Assembly (NCBI GenBank): GCA_963675515.1
Contig: OY776328.1
Coordinates: forward strand, 810,001-842,000
Source of the DNA: Coprobacillaceae bacterium
GTDB lineage: Bacteria; Bacillota_I; Bacilli_A; Erysipelotrichales; Coprobacillaceae
Reading direction: 5' to 3'
Length of the DNA stretch: 32,000 nucleotides
Shown: positions 21,063 through 29,132 of the stretch, in pieces
Position numbering within the stretch: position 1 is the stretch's first letter
How the letters are laid out: each line of letters starts with the position of its first letter
Notes under the pieces: generated by a model
The model's input: the letters and a program-made list of their open reading frames with translations, nothing else
Database searches by the model: none
Told to the model about the DNA's origin: nothing
Made by a program: the position numbers and the translations under genes

Positions 21063-22118
21063 ATGTCCAAGAATAAATTAGAGGGAATCAGTTTCTTTGA
21101 ACGCTACTTGAGTGTCTGGGTGGCACTATGCATGGTTCTTGGGGTTGCCATCGGCCAGTTTGTGCCGGCCATTCCCGAATTCCTGACCCGGTTCGAGTTT
21201 GCCAATGTTTCAATCCCAATCGCCATTTTGATCTGGCTGATGATCTACCCGATGATGATGAAGGTTGACTTCGCAAGCGTCAAGAATGTCGGCAAGAACC
21301 CCCAGGGTCTCTATGTGACCTGGGCTGTCAACTGGCTGATCAAGCCGTTCACCATGTTTGGGATTGCCTACTTGTTTTTCAATATTGTCTTTGGCAGCCT
21401 TATTTCCAGTGAACTGGCCCAAAGCTATCTTGCCGGAGCGGTGCTGCTCGGGGCGGCGCCATGCACGGCGATGGTATTTGTCTGGTCACACCTGACCAGA
21501 GGCAACAGCGCCTATACGGTAGTGCAGGTTGCGACCAATGACCTGATCATCCTGGTGGCGTTCACTCCGATTGTGGCGTTTCTCCTTGGGGTAACAGGTA
21601 TCGCCATCCCTTGGGATACCCTGATCCTGTCGGTGGTCCTGTTCGTAGTCATTCCTTTGGCTGGCGGGATTTTCACCCGTAGCAATGTGATCAAAAACAA
21701 AGGGGAAGAATACTTCACAAAGAAATTCATTCCCAAGTTCAACAATGTGACTATCGCCGGATTGCTTGTCACCCTGGTCTTGATCTTCTCGTTCCAGGGC
21801 CATGTCATCCTGGAAAATCCGCTGCATATCGTCCTGATCGCAATTCCGCTGATCATCCAGACATTCCTGATTTTCGCACTAGGATACGGGGCAAGTTATC
21901 TGTTGAAACTGCCTCATTCGATATCCGCACCGGCTGGAATGATCGGGGCTTCGAACTTCTTCGAACTGGCCGTGGCCGTGGCGATCGCCCTGTTTGGGGC
22001 TGAGTCGCCGGTGGCTCTTGCGACAATTGTCGGGGTGCTCGTAGAAGTTCCGGTAATGTTGGTCCTGGTGAAATTTGCGAACCAGACCCGCAATTACTTC
22101 CCACAAGAAAAGGCTTAG
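21063..22118 (+). CDS. acr3: ACR3 family arsenite/antimonite efflux transporter
   Basis: The start is chosen at MSKNKLEGISFFERYL. The protein is ACR3-like throughout: FFERYLSVWV, IPIAILIWLMIYPMMMKVDF, WLIKPFTMF. The conserved Cys context is GAAPCTAMVFVW. Confidence 0.85.
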   Translation: MSKNKLEGISFFERYLSVWVALCMVLGVAIGQFVPAIPEFLTRFEFANVSIPIAILIWLMIYPMMMKVDFASVKNVGKNPQGLYVTWAVNWLIKPFTMFGIAYLFFNIVFGSLISSELAQSYLAGAVLLGAAPCTAMVFVWSHLTRGNSAYTVVQVATNDLIILVAFTPIVAFLLGVTGIAIPWDTLILSVVLFVVIPLAGGIFTRSNVIKNKGEEYFTKKFIPKFNNVTIAGLLVTLVLIFSFQGHVILENPLHIVLIAIPLIIQTFLIFALGYGASYLLKLPHSISAPAGMIGASNFFELAVAVAIALFGAESPVALATIVGVLVEVPVMLVLVKFANQTRNYFPQEKA

Positions 22119-22144
22119 ATGAAAAATTCATCCAAGCCTCTTTT
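22111..22144 (+). terminator. rho-independent terminator of acr3; also the 5'-exon hairpin used by the group IIC intron
   Basis: AGGCTTAGATGAA-aaa-TTCATCCAAGCCT (12 of 13 bp) followed by CTTTT. The stop codon TAG (22116-22118) lies in the left arm. The intron begins at the next base. Confidence 0.8.
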
Positions 22145-22666
22145 GTATGCCGGGCATGGCATATATCTAGGTGGTGAAAGTCCACTGTGGGGGTGATTTC
22201 GCAACTGCCAACCACTAGCCAATATCAAGGGTGTCCATCGCGAGGTGGAATCTGAAAGAAGATGGAGGCAAAACCCTGGTCCGAGGAACACGAATCACAT
22301 CAGGCATGTAATAGGGACGAGCGTGCAAAACAACGCAAAGTCATAAGAGGTTGCGGAATGATACTATTACATGTAAATGTGGCGGATATATGGGGTGAAA
22401 GATATATGACCTTATCCCGGGAGATCTTGCGAGGGAGCAATCCTAGTAACAACGAATCGCAAGAAGTCAGCAGACGTCGTAGTAGCGAGGAAGTGGCTGT
22501 AATGGCCATGGAGTGAAGGACTGAATAAATCTATCAGTTATTAAAATTAGGCTTGATTTCATCACGCAAAACCGCAAAGACAGTCGAACACACTAGTAAA
22601 GCCCGAAAGAAGAATGTAGGGAAAGTGAGCATGATGAATAGCGAAATCAATGGAGGTAATGGAAAC

Positions 22667-23950
22667 ATGAAAACTGATAACGAATTACTGGAACAAATGC
22701 TTAGCCATACCAACCTCAAACAAGCGTATGTACAAGTTAAACGAAACAAAGGTGCATGCGGAATTGATGGTATGGATGTCTACCAACTTAAGGGATATCT
22801 GGATGAACATCTGGATGAAATTAAGGCAAGCATAATGAACCGCACGTATAAACCACAACCGGTTAGGAGAGTGGAAATACCAAAAGCCGATGGCGGCACA
22901 AGAAATCTAGGAGTGCCTACAGTCATCGATAGATTCATTCAACAAGCTATCGCCCAGGTACTAACACCAATCTATGAACCAATCTTCAGTGACAACAACT
23001 ATGGTTTTAGACCCAATAGATGTTGTGAAATGGCAGTTATCAAGGCATTGGAATACATGAACGAAGGATTCCAATGGGTCGTGGATATTGACTTGGAGAA
23101 GTTTTTCGACAATATCAACCACGATAAACTTATTACATTGGTGATGAAGGATGTAAAGAGCGGTGAGATTGTATCGCTTATTAGAAAATTCCTGGTAAGT
23201 GGAATTATGATTGACGATGAATATAAGGAATCTATAGTCGGTACTATGCAAGGTGGTCCGTTAAGTCCACTACTATCCAATATATTTCTTAATGAATTGG
23301 ACAAGGAAATGGAAGCTAGGGGGTTACACTATACACGTTATGCCGATGACTGTATGATTTTCGTTGGGAGTAGCAAAGCAGCTGACAGAGTCATGGCATC
23401 AATAAGCAAATTCATCGAAACCAAGCTAGGCCTGAAAGTCAATATGACCAAAAGCAAAGTTGCAAAACCCAACGACATAAAGTATTTGGGATTTGGATTC
23501 TACTATGATACTTTCAACCAGCTTTGGAAAGCAAAACCGCATGCCAAATCAATAAAGACACTTAAAGAAAAATTGAAGGAATTGACTAATCGAAGTTGGT
23601 CAATTCCCTGGGATTATAGATGCTTAAAGATACGGCAACTAATAGTCGGGTGGATAAACTACTATAAAATAGGTAACTTCAAAGGTACGTGCGAAAACCT
23701 CGACGGGTGGATTAGATTTAGAATAAGAATGTATCTCTGGAAGAAATGGAAAACCATTAAGAACAGGAGAAAACAACTTAGAAAACTTGGAGCAAAACGA
23801 TGGCAATATGAATCATGGTCAAACTCTAGGAAATCATACGCCCGGTGTGCTAGCACATTTCTTAAGACAAGGGTCACAAACGAGTTACTCAAAAGAAAAG
23901 GCCTAGTATCACTACTAGACCAATATCAGTTAAAACATATTTCAGTATAG
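22667..23950 (+). CDS. group II intron reverse transcriptase/maturase (RT plus X domain, no En domain)
   Basis: The start is chosen at the ATG 10 nt after GGAGG (MKTDNELLEQML). In-frame ATGs at 22631 and 22634 are alternatives. RT blocks: NKGACGIDGM, IPKADGGTRNLGVPTV.DR..QQA, GFRP.R and YTRYADDCMIF. The maturase X motif (WINYY) is present. There is no HNH or Zn motif at the C-terminus. Confidence 0.9.
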   Translation: MKTDNELLEQMLSHTNLKQAYVQVKRNKGACGIDGMDVYQLKGYLDEHLDEIKASIMNRTYKPQPVRRVEIPKADGGTRNLGVPTVIDRFIQQAIAQVLTPIYEPIFSDNNYGFRPNRCCEMAVIKALEYMNEGFQWVVDIDLEKFFDNINHDKLITLVMKDVKSGEIVSLIRKFLVSGIMIDDEYKESIVGTMQGGPLSPLLSNIFLNELDKEMEARGLHYTRYADDCMIFVGSSKAADRVMASISKFIETKLGLKVNMTKSKVAKPNDIKYLGFGFYYDTFNQLWKAKPHAKSIKTLKEKLKELTNRSWSIPWDYRCLKIRQLIVGWINYYKIGNFKGTCENLDGWIRFRIRMYLWKKWKTIKNRRKQLRKLGAKRWQYESWSNSRKSYARCASTFLKTRVTNELLKRKGLVSLLDQYQLKHISV

Positions 23951-23956
23951 ATTTAA

Positions 23957-23988
23957 ACCGCCGTATGCCGGCCGGCTTGTACGGTGGT
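23957..23988 (+). ncRNA. group II intron domain V
   Basis: ACCGCCGUAU-GCC-ggcc-GGC-uu-GUACGGUGGU. This is a 10 bp lower helix, a 2 nt bulge and a 3 bp upper helix with a tetraloop. The CGC catalytic triad is characteristic of class C. Confidence 0.85.
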
Positions 23989-24015
23989 GTTATCCCGATA
24001 TCGGGATAACACCAC
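23984..24015. repeat. 32 bp perfect palindrome at the intron/RIT left junction
   Basis: GTGGTGTTATCCCGAT|ATCGGGATAACACCAC. The left 7 nt are the 3' strand of intron domain V. The rest is RIT sequence built from the TTATCCCGA motif. Confidence 0.95.
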
Positions 24016-24096
24016 TTATACCGACTTTTGGATTATCCCGACAATTATGTATTTTTGAGGGATAGTCCTTTTTTGGATTATTAAAAGTCGGGATAA
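24009..24096. repeat. RIT left terminal inverted repeat (88 bp)
   Basis: ACACCACTTATACCGACTTTTGGATTATCCCGACAA... matches the reverse complement of 30369-30456 with 4 mismatches. It contains TTATACCGAC (24016-24025), TTATCCCGAC (24033-24042) and the inverted GTCGGGATAA (24087-24096). Confidence 0.95.
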
Positions 24097-24097
24097 C

Positions 24098-25147
24098 TCA
24101 TATCAATCCATAAAGCCTTTTGATCAGTTCTTCATCATTTTCAAAATCCAGATTGTATTTATTAGAAATATTTATTAAGGGGCTAATTGCTTCTGTAGCC
24201 TGCTCAATTGCCTGTTTTTTCATTTCTAATGTTGGCTGCGCATAGAATTCCATTGTTGTAGAAACTTGCGCGTGTCCAAGCCATTCGGAAATAAGTGGTA
24301 GCGGCATTCCACCATGATATAAATGCATGGCTCTAGAATGGCGGAACATATGCGGATAAATATGAATAGGTACTTCTTCATCTACATCATGAGCGGATGC
24401 ACAATATTTATCAATAAATTTTTGAACAGCGTCTGGCGACAGTTGACTGATGATTTCCTTTCGTTTTGAACAAAAAACGAAGCTATCGTCTTTTGATTTT
24501 AAGTGAAATATCGATAGATAATTTTTCAAGTGGTTTACCGTTTTTTCCATAATTGGGACTAATCTTACTTTACTGCCCTTTCCAGTTAGTTTCACGTACG
24601 GGACTTCACTAAATAGGAATAGGTCGCCAATTTTGAGATCCAAAATTTCCTGAATTCTAGCTCCAGTGTCATACATTAGTATCATGAAAACCAAATCCCG
24701 TATTCCTTTTTTTGTTTTTGTGTTTGGCTGCCTAAGTAATGTTTCTAAAACATTTTCGGAGAAGTATTCAATCTGATTATTCTTGGACATCTTTTTCATT
24801 GGGACCGCAAGTAGTTCTTGGTAATATGCCATTAAAGAAATATTACGAGAGGCAACATATTTGTAAAACGAACGTATGGCTGCCAGTTTCTGATTTCTAG
24901 TACTGCAGGACCACCCGGAATATTGCTCACCGTCATCCAAAAAATTCTCAAGCAGCTTAACCGAGGTCATCTCGAAGCAAAATTCAGATAGTTTGATTTT
25001 ATTGGCGCTACATGCATGTTTTAGAAATTGATTCATAGTGATTTTATAGGATTTGATTGTGTTGAAGCTGTTTCCTTTTTGTTTTGGTAAGAAAGACTCA
25101 AAATAATCTCTAATCATTTTGAAGAAACATAATGAATTTTCAGTCAT
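24098..25147 (-). CDS. ritC: tyrosine recombinase, third gene of the RIT trio
   Basis: The start is chosen at MTENSLCFF, whose ATG overlaps the ritB stop. Catalytic residues: TGARIQE (Arg), HMFRHSRA (His-x-x-Arg) and LGHAQVSTTMEFY (His and Tyr). Confidence 0.85.
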   Translation of the reverse strand: MTENSLCFFKMIRDYFESFLPKQKGNSFNTIKSYKITMNQFLKHACSANKIKLSEFCFEMTSVKLLENFLDDGEQYSGWSCSTRNQKLAAIRSFYKYVASRNISLMAYYQELLAVPMKKMSKNNQIEYFSENVLETLLRQPNTKTKKGIRDLVFMILMYDTGARIQEILDLKIGDLFLFSEVPYVKLTGKGSKVRLVPIMEKTVNHLKNYLSIFHLKSKDDSFVFCSKRKEIISQLSPDAVQKFIDKYCASAHDVDEEVPIHIYPHMFRHSRAMHLYHGGMPLPLISEWLGHAQVSTTMEFYAQPTLEMKKQAIEQATEAISPLINISNKYNLDFENDEELIKRLYGLI

Positions 25148-26090
25148 ACTTAGACACCTCAGGAATGATTGAGGAAAACCTTTCCCAATCAACTTCAGAT
25201 GATTTAATTAATTCCTCTGGTAGTAAGTGAATATAATAAGCCGTGTCTTCGAAATTGGAATGACCCATATAGGCACTCATGTAGGGAAGCAATGAATATA
25301 AATCTTCACCATCGTTTAAGAGTTTCATCATGACAGTTGTCGCCCAGCGATGACGTAAATCGTATACTCTTACACGAGCTCTACCACCCTCGGGTTTTAT
25401 CTCATCCCAAATCTTCAAGAATTCCGTCCTTAACCATTTTGAATGATATGGAAGCCCGGTTGGAGATGGAAAAACATAATCAGTATTTGGAAATATTAAC
25501 TTCATTTCATCGATATACTCGCGCATCATATCTGTTACATCAGCTGCCATTGGAATTAGACGTTCCTTATGATTTTTGTTTTTTCTAATAAGTATAGTTC
25601 CGTTATCCAAGTCCAAATCTTTTTTCATTATTTCACGACCTTCGTTTGGCCGAAGACCACAAAAGTATATCAATCGATAGATTACAGATATGATTCTATT
25701 TTTAGCTGTAATCGGTTTGATATATTTTTTACTATCAGCCATTTCAAAAATGGTTTTAAGCTCCATGTTTGTAAATATATAGGGTACATATCTTGTGATT
25801 TTAGGTAAGAAATTCAAATCAAGTACAAAATTGGAAGCTCCGTTCGCAAAAAGGTAAAGTGTAAATTGTCTTATTGATGACATTCTAGATCGAAAACTGC
25901 ACGCCTGCTCAGTTTTCCTTTGCACACACCAAGGCATGATCATTTCTTGAGTAAGCATTGTTTCACTGGGAAAATTTTTCTTCAAGTATCTGGAAAAATC
26001 TTTAAGATACCAAGAAGTTGGTTGCAACGAATACCCTAAATCAATTCGATAATTAATCATTTCGGGGATATATTCATATATGAATTTCAT
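25140..26090 (-). CDS. ritB: tyrosine recombinase, second gene of the RIT trio
   Basis: 316 aa. Catalytic residues: CGLRPNEG (Arg), YDLRHRWAT (His-x-x-Arg) and MGHSNFEDTAYYIH (His and Tyr). Confidence 0.88.
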   Translation of the reverse strand: MKFIYEYIPEMINYRIDLGYSLQPTSWYLKDFSRYLKKNFPSETMLTQEMIMPWCVQRKTEQACSFRSRMSSIRQFTLYLFANGASNFVLDLNFLPKITRYVPYIFTNMELKTIFEMADSKKYIKPITAKNRIISVIYRLIYFCGLRPNEGREIMKKDLDLDNGTILIRKNKNHKERLIPMAADVTDMMREYIDEMKLIFPNTDYVFPSPTGLPYHSKWLRTEFLKIWDEIKPEGGRARVRVYDLRHRWATTVMMKLLNDGEDLYSLLPYMSAYMGHSNFEDTAYYIHLLPEELIKSSEVDWERFSSIIPEVSKYD

Positions 26091-26183
26091 AATCTACCAT
26101 CAAGTGTTTCCATCGATAACGCACACTTTCTCAAACCCTCAACATCAAGTGAAATATATTGCTTAGTAGGTATGACTGATTGG
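26087..26183 (-). pseudogene. probable orphaned 3' end of ritA, left behind by the IS insertion
   Basis: The minus-strand frame is open from the IS3 boundary (..VIPTKQYISLDVEGLRKCALSMETLDGRL*). It ends in a TGA that overlaps the ritB ATG (ATGA), which is the coupling expected for trio genes. Its phase relative to ritA cannot be established. Confidence 0.4.
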
Positions 26184-27340
26184 TGACCTGGATAGGTTAC
26201 AATAAATTAGACAAGATTATAAGGACATGATAAAATCTTGTTAAATTTGTGGAGGATATTCAAAATGACAAAACGCAGACCTAAACGTACTTACACCGAT
26301 GAATTCAGAATCAAAATGGTTCAACTTTACAACAATGGGAAACCCAGAGCGGAAATAATCCGTGAATACGATTTGACAGCTTCAGCGTTCAATAAATGGG
26401 TTAAACGCTTCAATGACACGGGTTCGTTTACTGAAGCCGACAATCGATCAGATCATGACAAGGCGCTTATCAAGCTCCAAAAAGAAAACGAACGACTGAA
26501 GATGGAAAATGATATTTTAAAGCAAGCGGCGCTGATAATGGGACGAAAAGACAAGTAATCTTTGCAAATCAACACAAATACTCTATCGGCGCTATGTGCA
26601 AAGTCTTGAAAATCTCTCGGGCAACTCTCTACTACAAACCCAAAGGGCGTAAAGTGGATTCGAAGCTTGAAGATGAAGTAATAAAATCATTCAAAAACAG
26701 CAAGAAGAATTATGGAACACGCAAGATAAAAGATGACCTGGATGATTTGAACATGGTTGCCAGCAGAAGAAAAATTGCTCAAATCATGGACAAATACGGC
26801 TTGATCAGTAAATACACCATCAAGCAAAGACCAAAGCATTATGGCAAAGTAAATAATGACGATATTGAAAATCTGATCAATAGAAAATTCCAAGCAGAGC
26901 GGCCAATGCAATATTTAACCAGCGACTTGACCTACATCAAGGTGGCTGGAAAATGGAACTATATTTGTCTGATAATAGATTTATACAATCGTGAAATCGT
27001 TGGTAAATCTAGTGGTCAAAACAAAGACGCCAACTTGGTTATTAAGGCATTAAACGATATAAAAAGTGATTTAAGTGATGTCGAAGTATTTCATTCAGAC
27101 CGAGGCTCAGAGTTCAAAAACGAGATGATTGATAGGATATTGGCATTGAATGGAATCAAGAGATCGTTGAGTGCAAAAGGTAAACCGATTGATAACGCAG
27201 TATCAGAATCAATGTACAAAATACTCAAAACAGAATTCGCATTCAATCGACAATTCCGCAGTATCGACGAATTGTCATTGGAACTGTATGATTATGTCAA
27301 CTGGTTCAACAACAAAAGGAAGCATGGGAGCCTTAATTAC
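26184..27340 (+). mobile_element. IS3-family insertion sequence, 3' end truncated
   Basis: It has an orfA/orfB organisation with orfB in the -1 frame. The left end is tentatively at TGACCTGG (26184), with 26173 as an alternative. No right inverted repeat is present. orfB runs straight into the inverted repeat of the next IS. Confidence 0.7.
26265..26558 (+). CDS. IS3 family transposase OrfA (HTH plus leucine zipper)
   Basis: The ATG lies after GGAGGA. It opens MTKRRPKRTYTDEFRIKMVQLY..G....IIREYDL..S.F.KWVKR and continues to a coiled-coil (LQKENERLKMENDILKQAA). Confidence 0.88.
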   Translation: MTKRRPKRTYTDEFRIKMVQLYNNGKPRAEIIREYDLTASAFNKWVKRFNDTGSFTEADNRSDHDKALIKLQKENERLKMENDILKQAALIMGRKDK

Positions 27341-27367
27341 AACCTAAAATCCCGCGTAAATTTATAA
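26513..27367 (+). CDS. IS3 family transposase OrfB (DDE integrase core), C-terminus replaced
   Basis: The -1 frame is open from 26513 and reads ..VIFANQHKYSIGAMCKVLKISRATLYY. A candidate slippery site, A-AAA-G, lies at 26546-26550. The DDE residues are present in LTSDLTY, FHSDRGSEF and DNAVSESMYKILKTE. The last 9 codons (NLKSRVNL*) are encoded by the IS1634-like inverted repeat. Confidence 0.8.
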   Translation, partial: YFKASGADNGTKRQVIFANQHKYSIGAMCKVLKISRATLYYKPKGRKVDSKLEDEVIKSFKNSKKNYGTRKIKDDLDDLNMVASRRKIAQIMDKYGLISKYTIKQRPKHYGKVNNDDIENLINRKFQAERPMQYLTSDLTYIKVAGKWNYICLIIDLYNREIVGKSSGQNKDANLVIKALNDIKSDLSDVEVFHSDRGSEFKNEMIDRILALNGIKRSLSAKGKPIDNAVSESMYKILKTEFAFNRQFRSIDELSLELYDYVNWFNNKRKHGSLNYNLKSRVNL

Positions 27368-29132
27368 CAACACCTAAGGTAGCGGGATGTCGAATGCTTC
27401 ATAGATGATTCGCTGTTCCTTTGTTACTGGAGCAATGATGCTTTGGCCGTTGATATCTTGGGTACGCAACTTTGCAAGGATTTGGATAAGCTCCTTCATC
27501 GTGTGTTTCTTGTACAGTCCCTTGTCATTCATCACTTTGTTGATTTCTGACATGATCACCGATGCAATGAATCCGACAAATAATTTCCCTTGCATCGCAT
27601 TATCGCTATGTACTCTTAACCTTCCAAGGTCGATATTATTTTTTAGACGTAGGAAACCTTTCTCCACAACATCCTTATCCCGATATATCGTGATTGCTTT
27701 TTGAGCATCGCCGATGTCATTACTGATTAGCACAACCCAACCTGCGGTTTTAAGACTACGTTCAACAACGTCTGTCCTGATGTTGACAGTGTATCCACTG
27801 TCCTGTTTTTCAGATTTGCGGATAATTAGATACTTCACGCATTCGGCGTCATGTAGCCATTTTTCAGGGTTTTCAGTAACCTTTTGCCGGAGCAACGCTA
27901 TTGACGTATACAGGTCTTCACGGATTCCCGCAGCCTTTTTAGCGCTGTAGTAAATGTGGGTGTACAATTTGTGTTTGGAATCCCAAGAACGTTCCTTGGT
28001 TACTGCCCTCATTGAATTTCCGTTGATGACAATCGTGTTCTCCACACAATCAATGTCTTTCCGTTCGCTTTCAACCTGGTTCTTGGCAAAGGCCGACGAG
28101 AATGGCACTGAGATTAGGAATTTTACCGGTCCGTCACCCTTTTCATCAAGCATTTTATTAACGTTTGAAGCGCTGAAAAAACCTTTATCCATAACGACGG
28201 TGATGGCCCGGCTGCCAGTTGTGGCTTCGAATTGATCCAGTGTGTTTTTGAGAGTGCGGACATCTTTTTGACTGCCGCTGAATATGGTTTGAAACAAAGG
28301 TAGCCTTTTGGACTCTCCCATGAGCATGCAAATATTGATTTGTGGCAGATTATCATGATCACGATTATAGCCCCACTCCACGTCGTCAATCAACTCCGAA
28401 TAAGATGACGTTGAAGTGATATCCAAAGCCAGGTATTCATCATCTTTGTTTGCAGCATACCAATTTCGGTAGAAATCACTCCGTTGATTTGCGGTAAGAG
28501 AAATCAAAAGTTCGCTTATGCGCTGTGATGTTAATGAACCGACAGGATAGGATTGTGTCCCTGAAATCCATTCATTACAGTACATCATCGGGTCGCTAGT
28601 GGAAATCATGTAACAAGCAAGCATGAATATCTCTTGCCAGTGGTTTGGTATAGATCGTTCCAGGGCATCGATCAAGCCTGATTTTTCGGCAATGGTACGA
28701 TACAAATAGAAAAGGCCATATGAGCGTATAGAAGACTTCCGGATATCATCGATTGAAAACACTTTCTCGGTAGATGGGATCTCTATTTCGTGCCCAGCTA
28801 AACGAAGCTCTTCCAAATACTCCGGTTTATAGATCTTTTGTCCGGTCTTGGGATCAATTTTTCCAATGGAACGACGCTTTTGTCTTACCTGCCCGTCTTT
28901 CGTGCGGAATCCCTCAGCCAGATAAATATATTGATACCGGCCAACCTTCTGAATAACCTCATAACTCATCCAAACCACCTCTCTGTTGTTATAATAATTA
29001 TAACAACATCTAAGATAAAAAGCAAGCTATTTAGGGTGTTGATCAATAGAAAAACGGCTATATATCAAGGTTTCATGGATTTGAAGTATTAAAATATAGT
29101 TGTTGTTATAAAAATTTGCGGGAGCTTAGGTT
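27341..29132 (-). mobile_element. IS1634-family insertion sequence
   Basis: Imperfect inverted repeats of about 36 bp are present. The left copy, AACCTAAaaTCCCGCgtAAATTTATAACAACAcCTA (27341-27376), matches the reverse complement of 29098-29132. They enclose one IS1634-type transposase gene. Confidence 0.75.
27374..28969 (-). CDS. IS1634 family transposase
   Basis: The start is chosen at MSYEVIQKVGRYQYIYLAEGFR..DG.VRQKR.SIGK, the typical N-terminus, 5 nt after GAGGTGG. It is about 531 aa and DDE-type. Confidence 0.82.
   Translation of the reverse strand: MSYEVIQKVGRYQYIYLAEGFRTKDGQVRQKRRSIGKIDPKTGQKIYKPEYLEELRLAGHEIEIPSTEKVFSIDDIRKSSIRSYGLFYLYRTIAEKSGLIDALERSIPNHWQEIFMLACYMISTSDPMMYCNEWISGTQSYPVGSLTSQRISELLISLTANQRSDFYRNWYAANKDDEYLALDITSTSSYSELIDDVEWGYNRDHDNLPQINICMLMGESKRLPLFQTIFSGSQKDVRTLKNTLDQFEATTGSRAITVVMDKGFFSASNVNKMLDEKGDGPVKFLISVPFSSAFAKNQVESERKDIDCVENTIVINGNSMRAVTKERSWDSKHKLYTHIYYSAKKAAGIREDLYTSIALLRQKVTENPEKWLHDAECVKYLIIRKSEKQDSGYTVNIRTDVVERSLKTAGWVVLISNDIGDAQKAITIYRDKDVVEKGFLRLKNNIDLGRLRVHSDNAMQGKLFVGFIASVIMSEINKVMNDKGLYKKHTMKELIQILAKLRTQDINGQSIIAPVTKEQRIIYEAFDIPLP

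Larger units (their letters stand above)
22145..23990 (+). mobile_element. group IIC (bacterial class C) intron, 5' segment: domains I-V including the IEP ORF in domain IV
   Basis: It starts GUAUGCCGGGCAUGG. Domain I elements are colinear with IIC introns such as that of Oceanobacillus iheyensis as I recall it: GGUGAAAGUCC, AAGGGUGUCC, GGAAUCUGAA.GAAG, GAGGAACACGAA. It has an RT/maturase ORF without an endonuclease domain, and domain V with a CGC triad. It is inserted directly after a terminator hairpin. Confidence 0.85.

Noticed and set aside
22262-22516. An 84 aa ORF and its antisense partner (22300-22509) upstream of the intron RT gene.
   Set aside because: They lie inside intron domains I-III, which are structured ribozyme RNA with conserved class C blocks. 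There is no Shine-Dalgarno, so coding is not plausible.
23989-24010. The perfect palindrome GTTATCCCGATATCGGGATAAC directly after domain V. I first took it for intron domain VI.
   Set aside because: - It has no bulged adenosine.
- It is built from the same 9-10-mer that is repeated in both RIT ends.
- Its right half belongs to the 88 bp RIT inverted repeat.
- A canonical domain VI with a bulged A is found at 30457-30501 once the RIT is removed.
26181-26215. Similarity between the IS3 left end (CCTGGATAGGTTACAATAAATTAG) and 27333-27357, which could have been the IS3 right inverted repeat.
   Set aside because: The 27341-27376 segment matches the reverse complement of 29098-29132 much better and over a longer stretch (about 36 bp). 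It is therefore assigned to the IS1634-like element. The weaker IS3 similarity may be chance.
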